A DNA stretch of 64,000 nt, from the NCBI GenBank assembly GCA_963815195.1, contig CAWFGE010000013.1, forward strand, positions 608,001-672,000, given 5' to 3'. This DNA is from an uncultured Planctomycetaceae bacterium (GTDB taxonomy: Bacteria > Planctomycetota > Planctomycetia > Planctomycetales > Planctomycetaceae). Numbering within the stretch: position 1 is the first letter of the stretch; each line of letters starts with the position of its first letter. A program made the translations under genes and the position numbers. The notes under the pieces are model-generated. The model was not told the origin of the DNA, ran no database searches, and saw nothing but the letters and a program-made list of their open reading frames with translations. Shown piece after piece: positions 1-9,943 of the stretch.

Positions 1-744
1 CCCAGCGACCAGCGCCCGATCCAACGAAATCCCCCGCCGAAAGGCCACCGGCGGCTCGCGCCAGGTCACGGGGACGCTGGAACCGGCCATCATGGGGAAT
101 TTGAAATCTTGCGACTGGCGGTGCATCCACTCCGCGTTCTCCCAGGAATAGGAGAGATGCTTGTCGTTATAAACAGGAACGCTTTGCCCTGTCGCCTGGA
201 AAACTTTGACGATCTCTTCAAACAACCGCCGGCGGGGATAAAGTTTTTGGCCCTTATTGTTGAGTGGATAATCTCCGTGTTCGCCGATGAGCAGCACGGC
301 ATCCGCCGCCAGGTCTTTGCGGCCGAGCGTGAGCGCCTCGGCCGGCGTTTTGAACAGAGGGATGCCATAACGGGCCGCCATGCCGCGGGAAATGTCGGTG
401 TCGGGAAACTGCTCCACATACAGGCCCACGACTTTGCAATGCGGCTCATGCAATCGGCCGAGGAGTTCATAACCCTCGACGAATTTGGTGATGATGTCGT
501 CCGCGTGCGAATACTTCCACCACGTGGTGGTCAGCGCGACGATTCGCTTCTTAGGTCCATCAGGTGCCGGCAATCGGTCCGTCGGCAAGTGCACTTTTGG
601 CGACGGGCGCCCGTAGCCTTGAGTGATGAGCGTTTCGCTCGATGGTTCTTTAGCTTCCGCCATTTGGTGAAGCACTCCGGATGCCAGAACACCGGCGGTC
701 CCGGCGAGAAAGGTTCTGCGTTCGATGGGCGAATCTTGACTCAT
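1..744 (-). CDS. Tat-exported conserved hypothetical protein (possible Rossmann/oxidoreductase-like); 3' end runs off the window
   Basis: Manual translation from ATG at 744, open to position 1: MSQDSPIERRTFLAGTAG (twin-arginine motif) ... KYSHADDIITKF ... IGEHGDYP ... LYPRRRLF ... NDKHLSY ... MMAGSSVP. Not in the ORF track because it has no stop in the window. Confidence 0.75.
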   Translation of the reverse strand, partial: MSQDSPIERRTFLAGTAGVLASGVLHQMAEAKEPSSETLITQGYGRPSPKVHLPTDRLPAPDGPKKRIVALTTTWWKYSHADDIITKFVEGYELLGRLHEPHCKVVGLYVEQFPDTDISRGMAARYGIPLFKTPAEALTLGRKDLAADAVLLIGEHGDYPLNNKGQKLYPRRRLFEEIVKVFQATGQSVPVYNDKHLSYSWENAEWMHRQSQDFKFPMMAGSSVPVTWREPPVAFRRGISLDRALVAG

Positions 745-775
745 CACGAGTTTCCCAGAAGGTTGATGAAAAACC

Positions 776-832
776 CTAGCGCCGGCATCCTGCCGCCATT
801 GTTATTCTCGGCGGCTGGAGGCCGCCGCTACG
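776..832. repeat. REP-like inverted doublet, family C
   Basis: ctagcgccggcatcctgccgcc (776-797) ... ggcggctggaggccgccgctacg (810-832); homologous copy at 58549-58607. Confidence 0.7.
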
Positions 833-3550
833 AACGGTCCACGAGTATTCGGAGCGCCCAATCGCCGGCTGTTGGTGCATTAAATGTCTGATTGCCACCA
901 GCGACGGAATGCTCGTTTTCAAAGTCTCCCTCTTTCCCGTGGGCGGGATTCCACCAGGCGGCGGCATAACGTTTGTCTTCGGCAAGCCGAATCGTGAAAC
1001 GGCCGCCTTGGGGCAGATAGACCGCATACGCTTTCCCCGGTTGGGCGAGGCAGAAGGCTTCTCCATTTGTGACGAGTTCGTTGTGCGGCTGCATCTCGGC
1101 AAACGGCAGCGTTTCCATGAAGGTCCGCGCACCGCCAAGTTCTTTCCATGTCGTCGCCCACGCGGAATAGGGCCGGTCGTAAGGCTCCGTCACATGGGCT
1201 TCCCATACACCGCCGCCGAGGTACGCACTCCACCACGCCCGCCGATCGTGTTCGGGCCGGCCTTCATCGAAGTTGATCATCAACACCCGGCGGCCGCGGG
1301 CTTGAGAGCGGGCGATCCAATCCACCGCGATCTGATTGTGCTCGACGGCATATTTCACCGCCGAGGGCCGGCCCGGTTGGCCGGTTTGAATCGAAGTCAA
1401 ATCGACATCGGGCGAATCGATGTAGGCATCGCTCGGCCGGTTGACGTTGTGGATCCCCAGTGGATGGTTATACGGATCCAACTCTTTGAACCGCTTCGCC
1501 AACGCCAGTCCCTCGCGGAGCGGGTAGTTCTCGTTGTGCTCCTCACCGAGATTAAACACCACCGCAGGCAAGTCGCCGAACCGGGCGATGATTTCGCGAT
1601 AATAGCGGTCGTGGTCGTAGCCTTTCCACGCGCTGTCATCTTCCAGGATCAGATAAGGCACGACGCCCCGCATCTGCATGTGCGCAAACAATTCCCGCCA
1701 TTCTCTTAGCTTCGCAATATCGAACCGGGCATCCTTGCCGCCATTCGCCTTGGCTTCTTTCGGCGTGTTGCCGAGCCAGGGCCAAACGTCCTTGTCGTCC
1801 CCGTCGATGTTGTGCAGCATGATGTAAAGCGAATTGATGCCCCGCTCGGCCAGGTAATCCACCGCGGCTTTGCGTTTGGCGAGCGTGTTATAGTTCTGGT
1901 CATGCCCCAGAAAATTCTCGGGATCATCGCAGCCGGCCTTGAGCCAATACTCGCCGTCGCGGAATTTGAGATAGCGGATTTTGTTCGCCGGCGTGCCCAC
2001 CGCTTCCAACCGGCCCCACTTCCAGAACCCTTTGGCATCGGCGGGAACATCCGTAACAACAAACGGTCCGGACTTTTTGTCCAAATGGTGGTCCGAGCTT
2101 TCGGTGATATACTTCCATCTGCCGGGTTCATCCGCGGAGAAGCGGACTTTCCACAGGTTGCCGTTCTCTCCGCCTTGGCCGTCGCCGTCGTAGAAACCGG
2201 GAACGCGATAAGACTTGCCGCTCGGTCCGGTAAAGGTCACATCCAATGCGATCCGAAATGGATTCGGCATGCCCCGCGTTCCGAAGCCGGGCCGGGAAAC
2301 GTGAGTTCGATCGTGGACCATTTCGGATCGCTTGCAGGAGCGGCCGGCGCTGCCGAGGTTGTCTTTTCATCTTTGTCCGGCAACACGCAGGCACACGCCC
2401 GGCGGAGATACTCGGCATATTCCCAAGCGCCGCTGCCGCCGGTTTGCCGGGTGATGACCAGATCGAGGCTGGGAACAAACGCGATCAACTGTCCGCCGGA
2501 ACCGGGTTTATAGCGGGCATCGGCGGGAATGCCCCGGCCGCCGGGGGTGCCGTTTTCTCCCGTCAACCTGGCGGGCAGTTCCCAGCCATGCGAAAAGGTC
2601 TGGGCGTTGATCTTGAACCGCAGTTCCGGCTGCTTGACGTCGTGGGTGGGCTTCGCGGTTTCTTTGATGAACCATTTCGGAATCACCTGCTGATTCTCCC
2701 ATCGGCCGCCCTTCAACATGCAATACGCAATCCGGGCCAGGTCGCGGGCGGGCATGCCCATCGAGTGTGAAGGATGCCGGCCGTATCCCTCCCCACCACC
2801 CTCAAAAAACTCAAACCACCAATGCTCGCAGCCGATCGGTTTGAACAGGGACTCGATCGCAAATTGATCGTAAGGTTTGCCGGTGACGTTTTCGCACACG
2901 AGCGAAGCATGATAGAGGGCGAAGGTCGAGTAGCCGGCTTTCGTGCCGGGATCGAACATCAACTTCGCCGTGCGCGGATCGCCATCGTGTCCGAGCACGT
3001 GCTTCCACGGGCCTTTGTTGGTGGCCCCGCTGGCTTCCGGGGTGATGCCGGAGGTGTGGTTCAATAGCTGCTTGACCTTGATATCCGCTTTGCGGGGATC
3101 GCTGAGCGGCTTCGCCTGCGGGATAAAATCGAACGCCGGGTCGTCGAAGCTCATCTTCTTCGGCGTTTTTCCGTGCTGGCTTTGCTCCGAAGCGATGGCC
3201 AGCACCGTTGCGCAGACCGCTTTCGATACGGACGCCACGCGACGGGCATCGGTCTTGGCACTGTTCCCCCGCTCGACTTCCAGCACGATCTGGCCGTGGC
3301 GAATCACCACCGCGGCGAAGTTGCGCTTGTCGCTGTGCAAGAGCCACTGTTTGAGTTCCGCGAGCTTGGCGGGATCCATCCCGCCGATCCGCCGGATGTC
3401 ATCGGGATCGTCCAACGTCCGCCAACCGCCCTTCGACTCCGGGGGCGGATAGTATTCGCCCTCCTCCGCGTTCGATTTGGCGAACGGCAGCGCGAGCAGA
3501 ATCGAGAACACGCCGATTAAGCAGAGAAGTGGTTGCATGGTTGTCCTCAA
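828..3550 (-). CDS. Secreted serine hydrolase (beta-lactamase/AmpC-like) fused to DUF5060/DUF4038-like glycoside-hydrolase-related and C-terminal beta-sandwich domains; one frameshift near 2285
   Basis: ORF 2237-3550 has a signal peptide and SxxK (ASVSK) and ends ...PKWSTIELTFPGPAS. ORF 828-2321 continues ...PNPFRIALDVTFTGPSG...VPGFYDGDG...WKVRF, a typical DUF5060 start, so the two join by a frameshift. Confidence 0.7.
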
Positions 3551-3586
3551 CAGATTTGAACCGCGCAGGTTCAGAGACGCGAACCT

Positions 3587-5002
3587 CTACGGCTCGACAG
3601 CCTGTGGTCTTCGTTTCCAGCATTCGGTCGCGTTTTGGAAGGCGGCGGCGAGCCCGAGGACGCCGAAGTCGTCTTGATGGCGGCCCACGATTTGCACGCC
3701 CACCGGCAATCCGCCGGGCGTAAAGCCGCAAGGCACCGAAATCGCAGGCAGCCCCAGATTGCTGATGTAATAGCAGGACTTCATCCAATCGATGTAGGTC
3801 TGCATCGGGGCGCCGTTGATGTTCGTAACGTAAGGCTCGTCCACGGAAAACGGGGCGACCTGGCTGACGGGGCAGATCAGGAATTCGTATTCCTCCAGGA
3901 AGACCCGCACGCGGTGATAGAGCTGCGTTCGCTGCCGTTCCGCCCAGGCGATTTGCGGGCCGGTTTGCTTTTGGCCGGCTTCGACGTTCCAAATCATCGT
4001 GTCCTTGATCTGGCCCTTGTGCTTTTCCACCAAGGGGCCGTACTTCGATTCAAACGCCCAGGCCCTGAGGATTTTAAAGACCTCATCCGCATCGCGGAAA
4101 TCCGGCTCGGCGTCTTCGACAAGGCAACCGAGTTCGGAAAACGCCGAACGCCGGCTTTCCAGCGCTTCGGTCACGGCAGGTTCGACGGGAAGTCCGCCCA
4201 GGTCCCGGCTCCAGGCGATTTTCGTTCCGTGGAAGTTTCGCTCCAAAGGCTGGGCAAATATTTCCGCGGGCTCGGCGATCGCAATCGGCGAACGCGGATC
4301 GGGGCCGGCGATCGCGGTAAGCATAAGCGCCACGTCCTCGACCGTGCGGGCCATCGGACCTTGGACGGAGATGGTATACCACGCCCGTTCCGCGGGCCAC
4401 GCCGGAACGCGGCCCGGCGAAGGGCGGAACCCGACGACGTTGCAAAAGTTCGCGGGGTTTCGGAGCGAACCGCCCGTATCGCTGCCGTCGGCAATGGGGA
4501 TCATCCCGCAAGCCAAAGCAACCGCCGCCCCGCCGCTGCTCCCGCCGCAGGTTTTTGTCGTGTCATAAGGATTGAGCGTCGCCCCGAACACCGGATTGAA
4601 CGTCTGTGATCCCGCGCCGAATTCCGGCACGTTCGTCTTGCCGATCGTGATCGCCCCCGCCTTCTTCAGCCGTTCCACGATCAGCGCATCTTCCTCGGGC
4701 ACGAAGTCGCGAAAGATCGGCGAGCCGAAGGTCGTGCGGATGCCTTTGGTGGCGACCAGGTCTTTATGGGCGATCGGCAATCCGTGCAACGGGCCCAAAG
4801 CTTCGCCGCGGGCTTGCCGTTCGTCGGCCGCTTTCGCGTGATCCATCGCGAGATCGGCGAGCAAAGTGATGACCGCATTCACGCGCGAATTGACGCGGTC
4901 AATCTGCGCGAGATGGGCCTCCATGACTTCGCGGGCGGAGAGTTGTTTTGCCGCGATGAGCCGGGCGAGTTCCGTGGCCTTCTCAAAACAAAGGTCGCTC
5001 AT
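3587..5002 (-). CDS. Amidase signature family protein
   Basis: GPLHGLPIAHKD, GKTNVPEF, GGSSGG, GSDTGGSLRNPA; ATG at 5002 (alternative start 5041). Confidence 0.92.
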   Translation of the reverse strand: MSDLCFEKATELARLIAAKQLSAREVMEAHLAQIDRVNSRVNAVITLLADLAMDHAKAADERQARGEALGPLHGLPIAHKDLVATKGIRTTFGSPIFRDFVPEEDALIVERLKKAGAITIGKTNVPEFGAGSQTFNPVFGATLNPYDTTKTCGGSSGGAAVALACGMIPIADGSDTGGSLRNPANFCNVVGFRPSPGRVPAWPAERAWYTISVQGPMARTVEDVALMLTAIAGPDPRSPIAIAEPAEIFAQPLERNFHGTKIAWSRDLGGLPVEPAVTEALESRRSAFSELGCLVEDAEPDFRDADEVFKILRAWAFESKYGPLVEKHKGQIKDTMIWNVEAGQKQTGPQIAWAERQRTQLYHRVRVFLEEYEFLICPVSQVAPFSVDEPYVTNINGAPMQTYIDWMKSCYYISNLGLPAISVPCGFTPGGLPVGVQIVGRHQDDFGVLGLAAAFQNATECWKRRPQAVEP

Positions 5003-5118
5003 GTGGGGGCCGTTTCCAGGAGAGACTTCGAGGCGGGACATTTCTCATGCGTTTGTTTTACACCGCCGAGAAACAGAAATCACGCCTGGAGCGGGCTGAG
5101 CCGTTCGATTGGACTAAG

Positions 5119-5251
5119 GAGCCGCGCACGCAGTAAGCGGAAATTCGGACTGCTGGCTGCGTGCGCGGCCGGGTGGCACGACCCGGAGCGCAGCGAAGGG
5201 CGTGGTTCATTTCGCACCGACCACGCCCTTCGTTCCTCAGGGCCTGCCACC
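5119..5251. repeat. Two adjacent palindromes: a degenerate family B REP doublet (5119-5171) and a second long hairpin (5171-5251)
   Basis: gagccgcgcacgcagtaagcgg...ctgcgtgcgcggcc, then ggtggca...gaagggcgtggt...accacgcccttcg...tgccacc. Confidence 0.65.
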
Positions 5252-5260
5252 AATGCAGAA

Positions 5261-6125
5261 CTATTGCGCCTGGCGGGTCAGGTTGCGAAAGCGTTTGAGG
5301 AGGTCCTGCGTGATCGGGCCGGGCTTGCCGGTGCCGATGGGCCGGCCGTCCAGACTGACGACGGCGATCACCTCGGCCGCGGTGCCGGTGAGGAAGCATT
5401 CATCAGCCACGTAAATATCGTGGCGGGTGAAGGCGGTTTCCTCGAAAGGGATCTCCGCCTCGCGGGCCAGGCCGATCACGGCATTGCGGGTGATGCCCTC
5501 CAAAATCCCGGCTTCTGGCGGCGGCGTTTTGAGGACGCCCCGCTTCACAATGAACAGATTGTCGCCCGTGCATTCGGCGACTTCGCCTTTGTGGTTGAGC
5601 ATCAAGGCTTCCACGCTGCCGGCGTCGGTGCCTTCGATCTTGGCGAGAATGTTATTGAGATAATTCAGCGATTTGATCCGCGGGCTGAGCGCGGCCGGGT
5701 GATTGCGGATCGTGCTCGCCGTGATCAGCTTCATCCCGTTCTGGTAAATCTCTTCGGGGTAAAGCGTGATCGTATCGGCAATGATGATCACCTGCGGCTC
5801 GCTGGTCTTGCGGATGTCCAGCCCCAAACTGCCCGCGCCCCGCGTGACGACGAGCCGCACGTAGCCGTCGCCGATCCCGTTGGCCTTCACCGTGTCGTTG
5901 ACGGCGGCGATCATGTCGGCCTGGCTCGATGGGGATTTCCAGGCGGATCGCGCGGGCCGACTCGTAAAGCCGCTCGATGTGCTCGTTGAGCAAAAACACC
6001 ACGCCGCCGTAAACGCGAATGCCCTCGAACACGCCGTCGCCGTAGAGCAGACCGTGATCGTAAACGCTGATCTTGGCGTCGTCTTTGGGGATGAGTTTCC
6101 CGCTGATATAAACCTGGGCCGGCAT
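5261..6125 (-). CDS. ilvE: Branched-chain amino acid aminotransferase; frameshift near 5928
   Basis: [15 protein letters not shown] in ORF 5652-6125; [29 protein letters not shown] in ORF 5261-5914. Confidence 0.93.
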
Positions 6126-6147
6126 TTTAGTCTCGGTAAAGGTGTCT

Positions 6148-6351
6148 GGCGAGCGGGGGGCGTCAGCCCCCTGGTTTCGTCGAGAGTTAGTTCGTGTTGA
6201 TACCGCGGCGACCAGGCTCCATTGCGATCGTGTGCTGAAACTGATGTTGTCAGTGACCAGGGGGCTTACGCCCCCCGCTCGCCTGTGCGCTCGATGTTGT
6301 CAGTGACCAGAGGGCTGACGCGGGCACCGACCGAAGGTTGGTCCGCTCGCC
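6148..6351. repeat. Family A REP cluster: copies at 6148-6175 (+), 6256-6283 (-) and an interrupted copy at 6306-6351 (-)
   Basis: Consensus GGCGAGCGGGGGGCGTAAGCCCCCTGGT; the flank gatgttgtcagtgaccag is duplicated at 6243 and 6293. Confidence 0.9.
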
Positions 6352-7161
6352 TACGCGACCTTCAGCGTTTCGATCTGGCCTTCGCTGAGCCGCACAATGC
6401 GGTCGGCCTGGCGGGCAATGTGGTCGTCGTGGGTTACCATAATAATAGTGAGTCTGATCTTGCTCGTTCAAGCTCTTTAAGAGGCCCATGATTTCCTGCC
6501 CGGTGCCGGCGTCGAGGTTGCCCGTCGGCTCGTCCGCCAACAGCACCTGGGGCCTGGCGACCAGGGCCCGGGCGATCGCGGCCCGCTGCATTTCGCCGCC
6601 GGAAAGTTTCGACGGCTTATGCCGGACGCGGTGTTCCAGCCCGACTTTCTGGATGATCTCGCGGGCCTGGTTGCGAAGCTCTTTCCGCCGACGCCAATAG
6701 CCCAACAGGGAATGCCGAATCATCAGCGGAGCGACGACATTTTCTTCGAGGCTCAGTTCCGGCAGCAAATGATAGAACTGAAAGATGAACCCGAACACGC
6801 GGTTTCGCAGTTGGTCCCGCGTCTTGGCGGGCAGGTCGTCGATCCGCCGGCCGTCCAGAAAAATCTCGCCGACGTCGGGCGTGTCCAGAAGCCCCAGCAA
6901 ATGGAGCAACGTGCTCTTACCGGAACCCGACTGCCCCACGATCGACAGAAACTCCCCGCGCTTGGCGGCGATCTTTACGCCCTGCAGCACGCGGATTTTT
7001 TCCTGCCCGTAGCGGTAGGATTTTTCGAGCGCCACCGCTTCGACGTGCAAAGGCGGCTCGGCGGTTCCCGGTGGTTCGGTTTGATCTAATGCCAACGTTT
7101 CGTCCGTCCGATCCGTGGCCGCGTCCCGGGCCACACGATCCGCGATTCCAGCTTGTCCCAT
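6351..7161 (-). CDS. lolD: Lipoprotein-releasing (LolD-like) ABC transporter ATP-binding protein; frameshift near 6453
   Basis: [28 protein letters not shown]. The shifted frame restores LTIIMVTHD...[10 protein letters not shown] and ends at TAG 6351-6353. Confidence 0.85.
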
Positions 7162-7231
7162 AATTCGCCTCCATGACGAAGGTTGATTGTTTGCAATAAA
7201 ACGAACCCAAGCGTTCGCAAGTCATCAGCCT

Positions 7232-7259
7232 GGCGAGCGTGGGGCGTGAGCCCCATGAT
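7232..7259 (+). repeat. Family A REP variant (single copy)
   Basis: ggcgagcgtggggcgtgagccccatgat, with a compensatory G-C to T-A change in the stem. Confidence 0.75.
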
Positions 7260-7290
7260 CATTTCCGATCGATGCGAATGCCTTTTGATA

Positions 7291-8979
7291 TCACTCGTAC
7301 CGCAAGGCTTCCACCGGATGCAGCCTGGAAGCCCGGCGGGCGGGGAGCACGCTGGCGAGAACGGCGATCGTCATCGCTCCCAAAGCGACCCAGAACACCA
7401 TCATCGGATCGACGGCGGTGGGAATCTCCGGGAAGTAATAAATCTTCTCGTCGAAGACTTTCCGGCCGGTCAACCAGGTGATCCAGCCTTCGATGGTGTT
7501 GATGTATCTCACGAACACGAGTCCCAATGCCACCCCCACGCCGCTGCCGACGATGCCGAGGGCCAGACCGTACGAAAGGAAGATGCTCATCACGCCCCGC
7601 GAACTGGCGCCCAGGGATTTCAAGATGCCGATGTCGCGGGTTTTCTCGACGACGATCATATAGAAGATCGCCAGGATTCCGAACCCGGCCACGGCGATGA
7701 TCAAAAACAACAGCACGTTGAGAATCGCCGATTCCACTTCGACCGCCGCCAGGAGCGGGCCTTGCTTTTGTTCCCACGTCCGCACCGTGAACACGCCGGG
7801 CGGAAACGCGGCTTTCAGGCTTTTGACGACCTCGTCGGCATCGTCAAAATTCTTGAGCTTGATTTGAATGGAGGTGACGTTCCGAACGCCGGTGACGGGC
7901 GCGTACATTCCGCGCATTTGCTGGAGGTATTCGAGGTTGCAGAACACGAGGCTGGAATCGTATTCGCTCATCCCGCATTTGAAGACATCCACAACGGTCG
8001 CGTTGAAGCGGCAGGGTTCCGGCGGAGTGCTCGTGCCGATCGTGCTAATGACCACATCGTCGCCGGGCCGGACCATCATCTGTGTTTTGACTTTGCCCGT
8101 GCCGGTTTCATCGTAGGGGAAACTGATGAGCCCCAAGCCGACGTAAAGCCGGCCCGGCAGCGGAGCATTGGGGTCGGCGGGCTTGGCCGGAGCGGTTGGT
8201 GCAAACACATCGTCGATATTGGCGGCCGCGGCTTTCTCGGTCAACTGATCGAACGCATTTTTCGGCGCCGCCACGGGCTGCTTGGGTTTCTTCGAGCCTG
8301 CAAATGGAGGGGTGTCTTTCGCTACGACGGGGGCGTTGGGCGATTGGTCCTTCTCTCCGCCCGTGGCGAAAGGCGGCGGTTCGGCGGGCGGGAAGGGGTT
8401 GGGTTCGGCTTTTTCTTCGCGCGGGTCCTCCCGGCGATGGAATTGCTCCATCATCCATTGCTGGCGTTCCATCCAGATCTTGCGGTAGGCGAGCGCCTCT
8501 TCGGTCAGCTTCCAACCGGGCGGCGCATCGCGGGAGCGAAGCGGGGCTCGCACGACCTTGCCGTCCTCTTTGAGCTGGTGGTAACTCTCCAGATAATCCA
8601 CCAGCGGTCCAACCTTGGCTTTGCTCTCCGGCTTGATCCCGATGAGCGTCACCGGCCGGGTGATATATTGCCCGGCGTATTGAAAATGAAGCAGCCCGAC
8701 CACTTCGACAGTGGCGGTCATGGCCTCGACTTTGTCGCCGGCCACTTCGCGGATGCGGGCCATCTGCTTCTCGGCATCCGGGACACCGTCGATGCTGTTG
8801 GTCTCCACGATCACATCGGCGAGTAACCCTTTGATGCGGTCCTGCATCTCCGTGCTGAAACCCGCCATCACGCTGTTGACCACAATCATCGTGGCCACGC
8901 CCAGCATCACGCTGATAATGCACGCCAAAGCAATATACCGCGTGCGAAGATACCTGAGACAAAGCAAAATCTTGTACAT
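7291..8979 (-). CDS. LolC/E (FtsX-like) ABC transporter permease with a long Pro-rich periplasmic insertion
   Basis: N-terminal TM with VNSVMAGF; C-terminal EKTRDIGILKSLGAS ... PARRASRLHPVEALRYE; directly upstream of lolD. Confidence 0.88.
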   Translation of the reverse strand: MYKILLCLRYLRTRYIALACIISVMLGVATMIVVNSVMAGFSTEMQDRIKGLLADVIVETNSIDGVPDAEKQMARIREVAGDKVEAMTATVEVVGLLHFQYAGQYITRPVTLIGIKPESKAKVGPLVDYLESYHQLKEDGKVVRAPLRSRDAPPGWKLTEEALAYRKIWMERQQWMMEQFHRREDPREEKAEPNPFPPAEPPPFATGGEKDQSPNAPVVAKDTPPFAGSKKPKQPVAAPKNAFDQLTEKAAAANIDDVFAPTAPAKPADPNAPLPGRLYVGLGLISFPYDETGTGKVKTQMMVRPGDDVVISTIGTSTPPEPCRFNATVVDVFKCGMSEYDSSLVFCNLEYLQQMRGMYAPVTGVRNVTSIQIKLKNFDDADEVVKSLKAAFPPGVFTVRTWEQKQGPLLAAVEVESAILNVLLFLIIAVAGFGILAIFYMIVVEKTRDIGILKSLGASSRGVMSIFLSYGLALGIVGSGVGVALGLVFVRYINTIEGWITWLTGRKVFDEKIYYFPEIPTAVDPMMVFWVALGAMTIAVLASVLPARRASRLHPVEALRYE

Positions 8980-9064
8980 GGGGGACTTCCTTGTCCAAAC
9001 AGAAAAGGCGAGCGGGGGGCGTAAGCCCCCTGGTCACGCACAATTGATTATCAACAACGGATTC

Positions 9065-9619
9065 TCAAGACCATTCACGAGTGAGAACCCAGCCTTCATC
9101 AACTTCCAACACCAACGGATACTCTTGATTCCGCACATATTCCACCGCGGCATAAATCGCTTTTTCATTTCGCAGCTTTCTTACCGAAGCCGATTCCGTC
9201 CACCAGGTTCCACTTTCCGGTTTCGACCAAGTTCGATTCAGCCGCCGGCTCGCATAACTTTTGAAGTCCCGCATAATATCCTCTGGTTCCGGGTCACCAT
9301 TCACTCCGACAACCAGATGCACATGGTTTCGCATGATGGCGAATGCCAGGAGCTTCCAACCGCGGTATTGGGCCGTCTCTAGGAATTGCTCTGCCATCGC
9401 TTTTGCTTGGTCTTCGACGAGGTAGATGGGTTTCGATTTCAGTTGGGAATTGGAATACGTTTTGAGTTCTCGAATGTCTTGGAAATAAGGTGTTTGAGGA
9501 CGATTCTCGATGCGGTGTGTTCCTGTTTCTTCGTCGAGGATGCGGCCGACAAAACCACGCTCATCACCGGGACGCCACGTCCCATACGTCGTCCAAGTGA
9601 TGAGCCAATATCGGTCCAT
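9065..9619 (-). CDS. REP-associated tyrosine transposase (RAYT / TnpA-REP; IS200-like HUH Y1 family)
   Basis: YWLITWTTYGTW, HUH motif MRNHVHLVV, FKSYASRRL, WWTES, catalytic Tyr motif EYVRNQ; no TnpB; flanked by REP hairpins. Confidence 0.88.
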   Translation of the reverse strand: MDRYWLITWTTYGTWRPGDERGFVGRILDEETGTHRIENRPQTPYFQDIRELKTYSNSQLKSKPIYLVEDQAKAMAEQFLETAQYRGWKLLAFAIMRNHVHLVVGVNGDPEPEDIMRDFKSYASRRLNRTWSKPESGTWWTESASVRKLRNEKAIYAAVEYVRNQEYPLVLEVDEGWVLTREWS

Positions 9620-9769
9620 TAACAAATCCAGGCGAGCGGGGGGCGTAAGCCCCCTGGTTTATTCTGAATGGTCAAAAGAGATTTAGATTTGGATTTTGAT
9701 TGTGCTTCCTGGCGACTGATCTTCAAGTGGAACAGCTTTGCTTATTGCACGTGACCAATTGATGTATTG

Positions 9770-9943
9770 TCAAATGACACCACCGAATGTTCGGTAGACT
9801 GGTTCCATTGAAGTACCTTCAGGAACTTCTCTTGTCCTCAAGGATTCCTCTTTCCTCAAGGATTCCTCTTGTAGTGACGAACATCCGACGAATGCGAAAA
9901 GACTCAGCCATAAAAACAGAAAATACTGAAATTGATTCTTCAT
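9770..9943 (-). CDS. Small AT-rich putative lipoprotein, possibly truncated
   Basis: MKNQFQYFLFLWLSLFAFVGCSS has a lipobox-like FVGC; internal 18-bp tandem duplication (EESLR x2); the frame stays open past TGA to TAA at 9683. Confidence 0.4.
   Translation of the reverse strand: MKNQFQYFLFLWLSLFAFVGCSSLQEESLRKEESLRTREVPEGTSMEPVYRTFGGVI

Noticed and set aside
7183..8826. Long antisense ORFs (also 26913-28550, 34589-35998, 42534-44012, 61185-62426)
   Set aside because: Shadow frames of high-GC genes on the opposite strand, with no motifs of their own.
9065..9619. IS200/IS605 element with TnpB/IscB and guide RNA
   Set aside because: No RuvC-type ORF nearby; the flanks are multicopy REP hairpins.
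9683..9772. Selenocysteine or readthrough at the TGA of the cargo ORF
   Set aside because: No redox motif or evident SECIS-like hairpin; truncation or error is more likely.
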